DNA from: a virus
Taxonomy: Duplodnaviria > Heunggongvirae > Uroviricota > Caudoviricetes
Length of the DNA stretch: 64,000 nucleotides
Virus record (IMG/VR): IMGVR_UViG_3300008987_000001
Direction: 5' to 3' (one strand)
Shown here: piece after piece, positions 62,124-64,000 of the stretch
How positions within the stretch are numbered: position 1 is the stretch's first letter
Layout: each line of letters opens with the position of its first letter
The notes under the pieces: model-generated
Seen by the model: the letters and a program-made list of their open reading frames with translations, nothing else
What the model was told of the DNA's origin: nothing
The model's database searches: none
Program-made: the position numbers and the translations under genes

Positions 62124-64000
62124 ATATAAAAATGGATGTTAAAGTAATTATATGTTACGGAATGTAAAGATATGATTTAAGGATTTCACTAACCAATCAA
62201 TCACCCTTGTTGGATATTCGCTTGCAAAATTGCACTGGTAATGATTCATATTGTTTATCATTCAGAATATTCTCTTCGATGTGTTTGAGAACATTTGCTT
62301 TGCATTCATCCAATACTTCCCATTTAATGGGATTGTAAGTTATTAATGTATGATCAAATGCATTTTGATGATATACAGTTGTGTTGCAAATAACGAGTTT
62401 TCGAATACTATCTTCACTAGTATTTATTTTACCTTTTATCATAATATAACTAGTAAAATTATTAGATTCAATCATTAATTCAATGTATTCATCATTATAT
62501 ATTATTTTACTACATTTTATGGATAATCTACTATCTCCATTATCATACATGATGTTAAGTTGATTATAGATACGCTCAATATACTCCATATCGGATTTAA
62601 CCTGTGGTGGAATGATATCTTTTGGTGATTCTGTTACTTTCTTTTTAAAAATATTAAACATGATAAGTCCTCATAAATTAATTAATCACCTAGACTTGCT
62701 TAATCAATGGCATTATTTAATGGACACCATTCAGGTATTTCATTTAATGGATCTACTCCTCTACCCGGATACATACTATAGGGAATATATGCACCTTTAA
62801 TGAATTGTCCATCGTATCCTACCCCTTTATGTCTACACACTCTGCCAAACTCACAATACTTACAATCATAACAGGATGAAATTTGTAATAGTTTAATCAT
62901 GCTGCATTACATACTCCATAGATAATACATTAATATGCTAAATGCTATAGTTAATGTGATGATTATTCCAAATAAACGAATAATATCATCCATAGCGTCG
63001 ATCCCTGACATTCTTTGCATCATTGATTCGTTTAGCGATCTCATTGATACGTTGGATATCCTCAGGAGTTAGATCACCTATACTTGATTCATCCACAGCA
63101 TCACATGATAAATCATCATTCATTTATTTCATCCCTAAACAATCATCAGTCCAATCATCATTGATGACACGATTGTAATCATCATATGCACACTCACAGG
63201 TTGCTACATGTTTACATCGATCACAAAGATAATTTACTTTAGTTGTATCATCTAACATGATTAACTCTCTTTACATTCAATGCAACATTGTTTCATATAT
63301 TCAAAAGGAGTAGTAAGATCTATCCCTCTGGGATCAATTCCACTCTTACGAAATGTTTCTGCCATACGCCAATCTTTAGATATTCTATCAATCATTTCAA
63401 CTAATTGTTTTCGTGAATATTTATATTTAGACATGTTTAACACCCATTAATGTTATTACTCATAACTCATTACACATCCCATTTTTAAGATATCATTTCC
63501 TTTTAAGGTTCGCACAACACCTGTATAATTACATCTTACATATACCCCCGGACCATCTCGAAAATAATTACTAGCATTATAAAACCGTTCAACACAATAA
63601 ATACAATCTTCACATACATTCAAAACATCAATCATTATACACCACACTTGTGGATCATATTCTTACTTCTTACGTAATTTGGCACTACCTTACCACACCT
63701 TTCACATCTATGATGTCCATCCATTCCATCGGACCAAAATATTTCACTAAATGTTGGAGACCGTGGATGATAATAACAGTTAAATGGATCACATTGCATG
63801 GTGTACTCCTAATGATGCTATAACTTTATCAATGAATCGATCATTTCTCCATGCCATAATAAAATTAAATAAAAATAATAATATATTCATTATTGTACAT
63901 CCAATAATTAGTCCTTCAGATAACCACATTATTATTATACTCCTAACATTTTTTGCATTTCTTCATCAGTATAACGGGCTTTACATGGTGTAGTTGGATA

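Overview
The window looks like a contiguous stretch of a large dsDNA virus (or provirus) genome, most plausibly one infecting an archaeon. No cellular housekeeping genes or rRNA are visible.

Evidence for an archaeal host:
- TATA-box-like promoter boxes (CTTATATA[T/C]AA) sit about 20-30 nt upstream of the first gene of each unit.
- First genes are often leaderless, some with GTG or TTG starts, while internal genes use GGTGA/GAGGT-type ribosome-binding sites and ATGA or TGATG stop/start overlaps.
- The replication module is archaeal/eukaryotic in type: family B DNA polymerase, PCNA, a short-form XPF/ERCC4 nuclease with a helix-hairpin-helix (HhH) tail, RNase HI, a Cas4-like nuclease and a TrmB/MarR-like winged helix.
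- There is a cluster of class-II tRNA-like genes.

Gene layout, left to right:
1. A plus-strand block (1-7631) of receptor-binding/tail-fibre-like genes. It is organised as two paralogous cassettes: a fibre gene, then a small C-terminally conserved protein, then a 43-44-aa micro-ORF. The second cassette also carries two tandem paralogous repeat proteins built from six ~48-aa blade-like repeats, which is also a 144-bp tandem repeat at the DNA level.
2. A long, almost entirely minus-strand block (8137-62900), including:
   - nucleotide metabolism: an ATP-cone ribonucleotide reductase carrying a LAGLIDADG intein, a glutaredoxin-like protein, a separately encoded NrdD-type Zn-ribbon plus glycyl-radical domain, dCMP deaminase, a ThyA-family enzyme, a MazG-like pyrophosphohydrolase and a dTMP-kinase-like protein;
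   - S-adenosylmethionine (SAM) decarboxylase;
   - a GAF-PAS sensor;
   - a glycan-modification cluster (RmlC, RmlD, GT2, GT4, two SAM methyltransferases, a radical-SAM enzyme);
   - a Bro-N protein and a KilA-N protein;
   - a phage-type N6-adenine methyltransferase;
   - NAD+ salvage: NAMPT plus an HD-NMNAT fusion;
   - many small Cys-rich ORFs.

The three things I would look at first:
- The anaerobic-type ribonucleotide reductase appears split and permuted. The glycyl-radical domain is its own ORF, encoded upstream of a glutaredoxin and of the intein-containing catalytic body.
- A family of about seven ~70-nt intergenic elements with a conserved 5' box, a hairpin supported by compensatory changes, a T tract and a 3' TCAAG box.
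- A 2-kb non-coding island carrying class-II tRNA-like genes and iteron-like repeats.

All calls come from reading the sequence and remembered family signatures. No database search was run.
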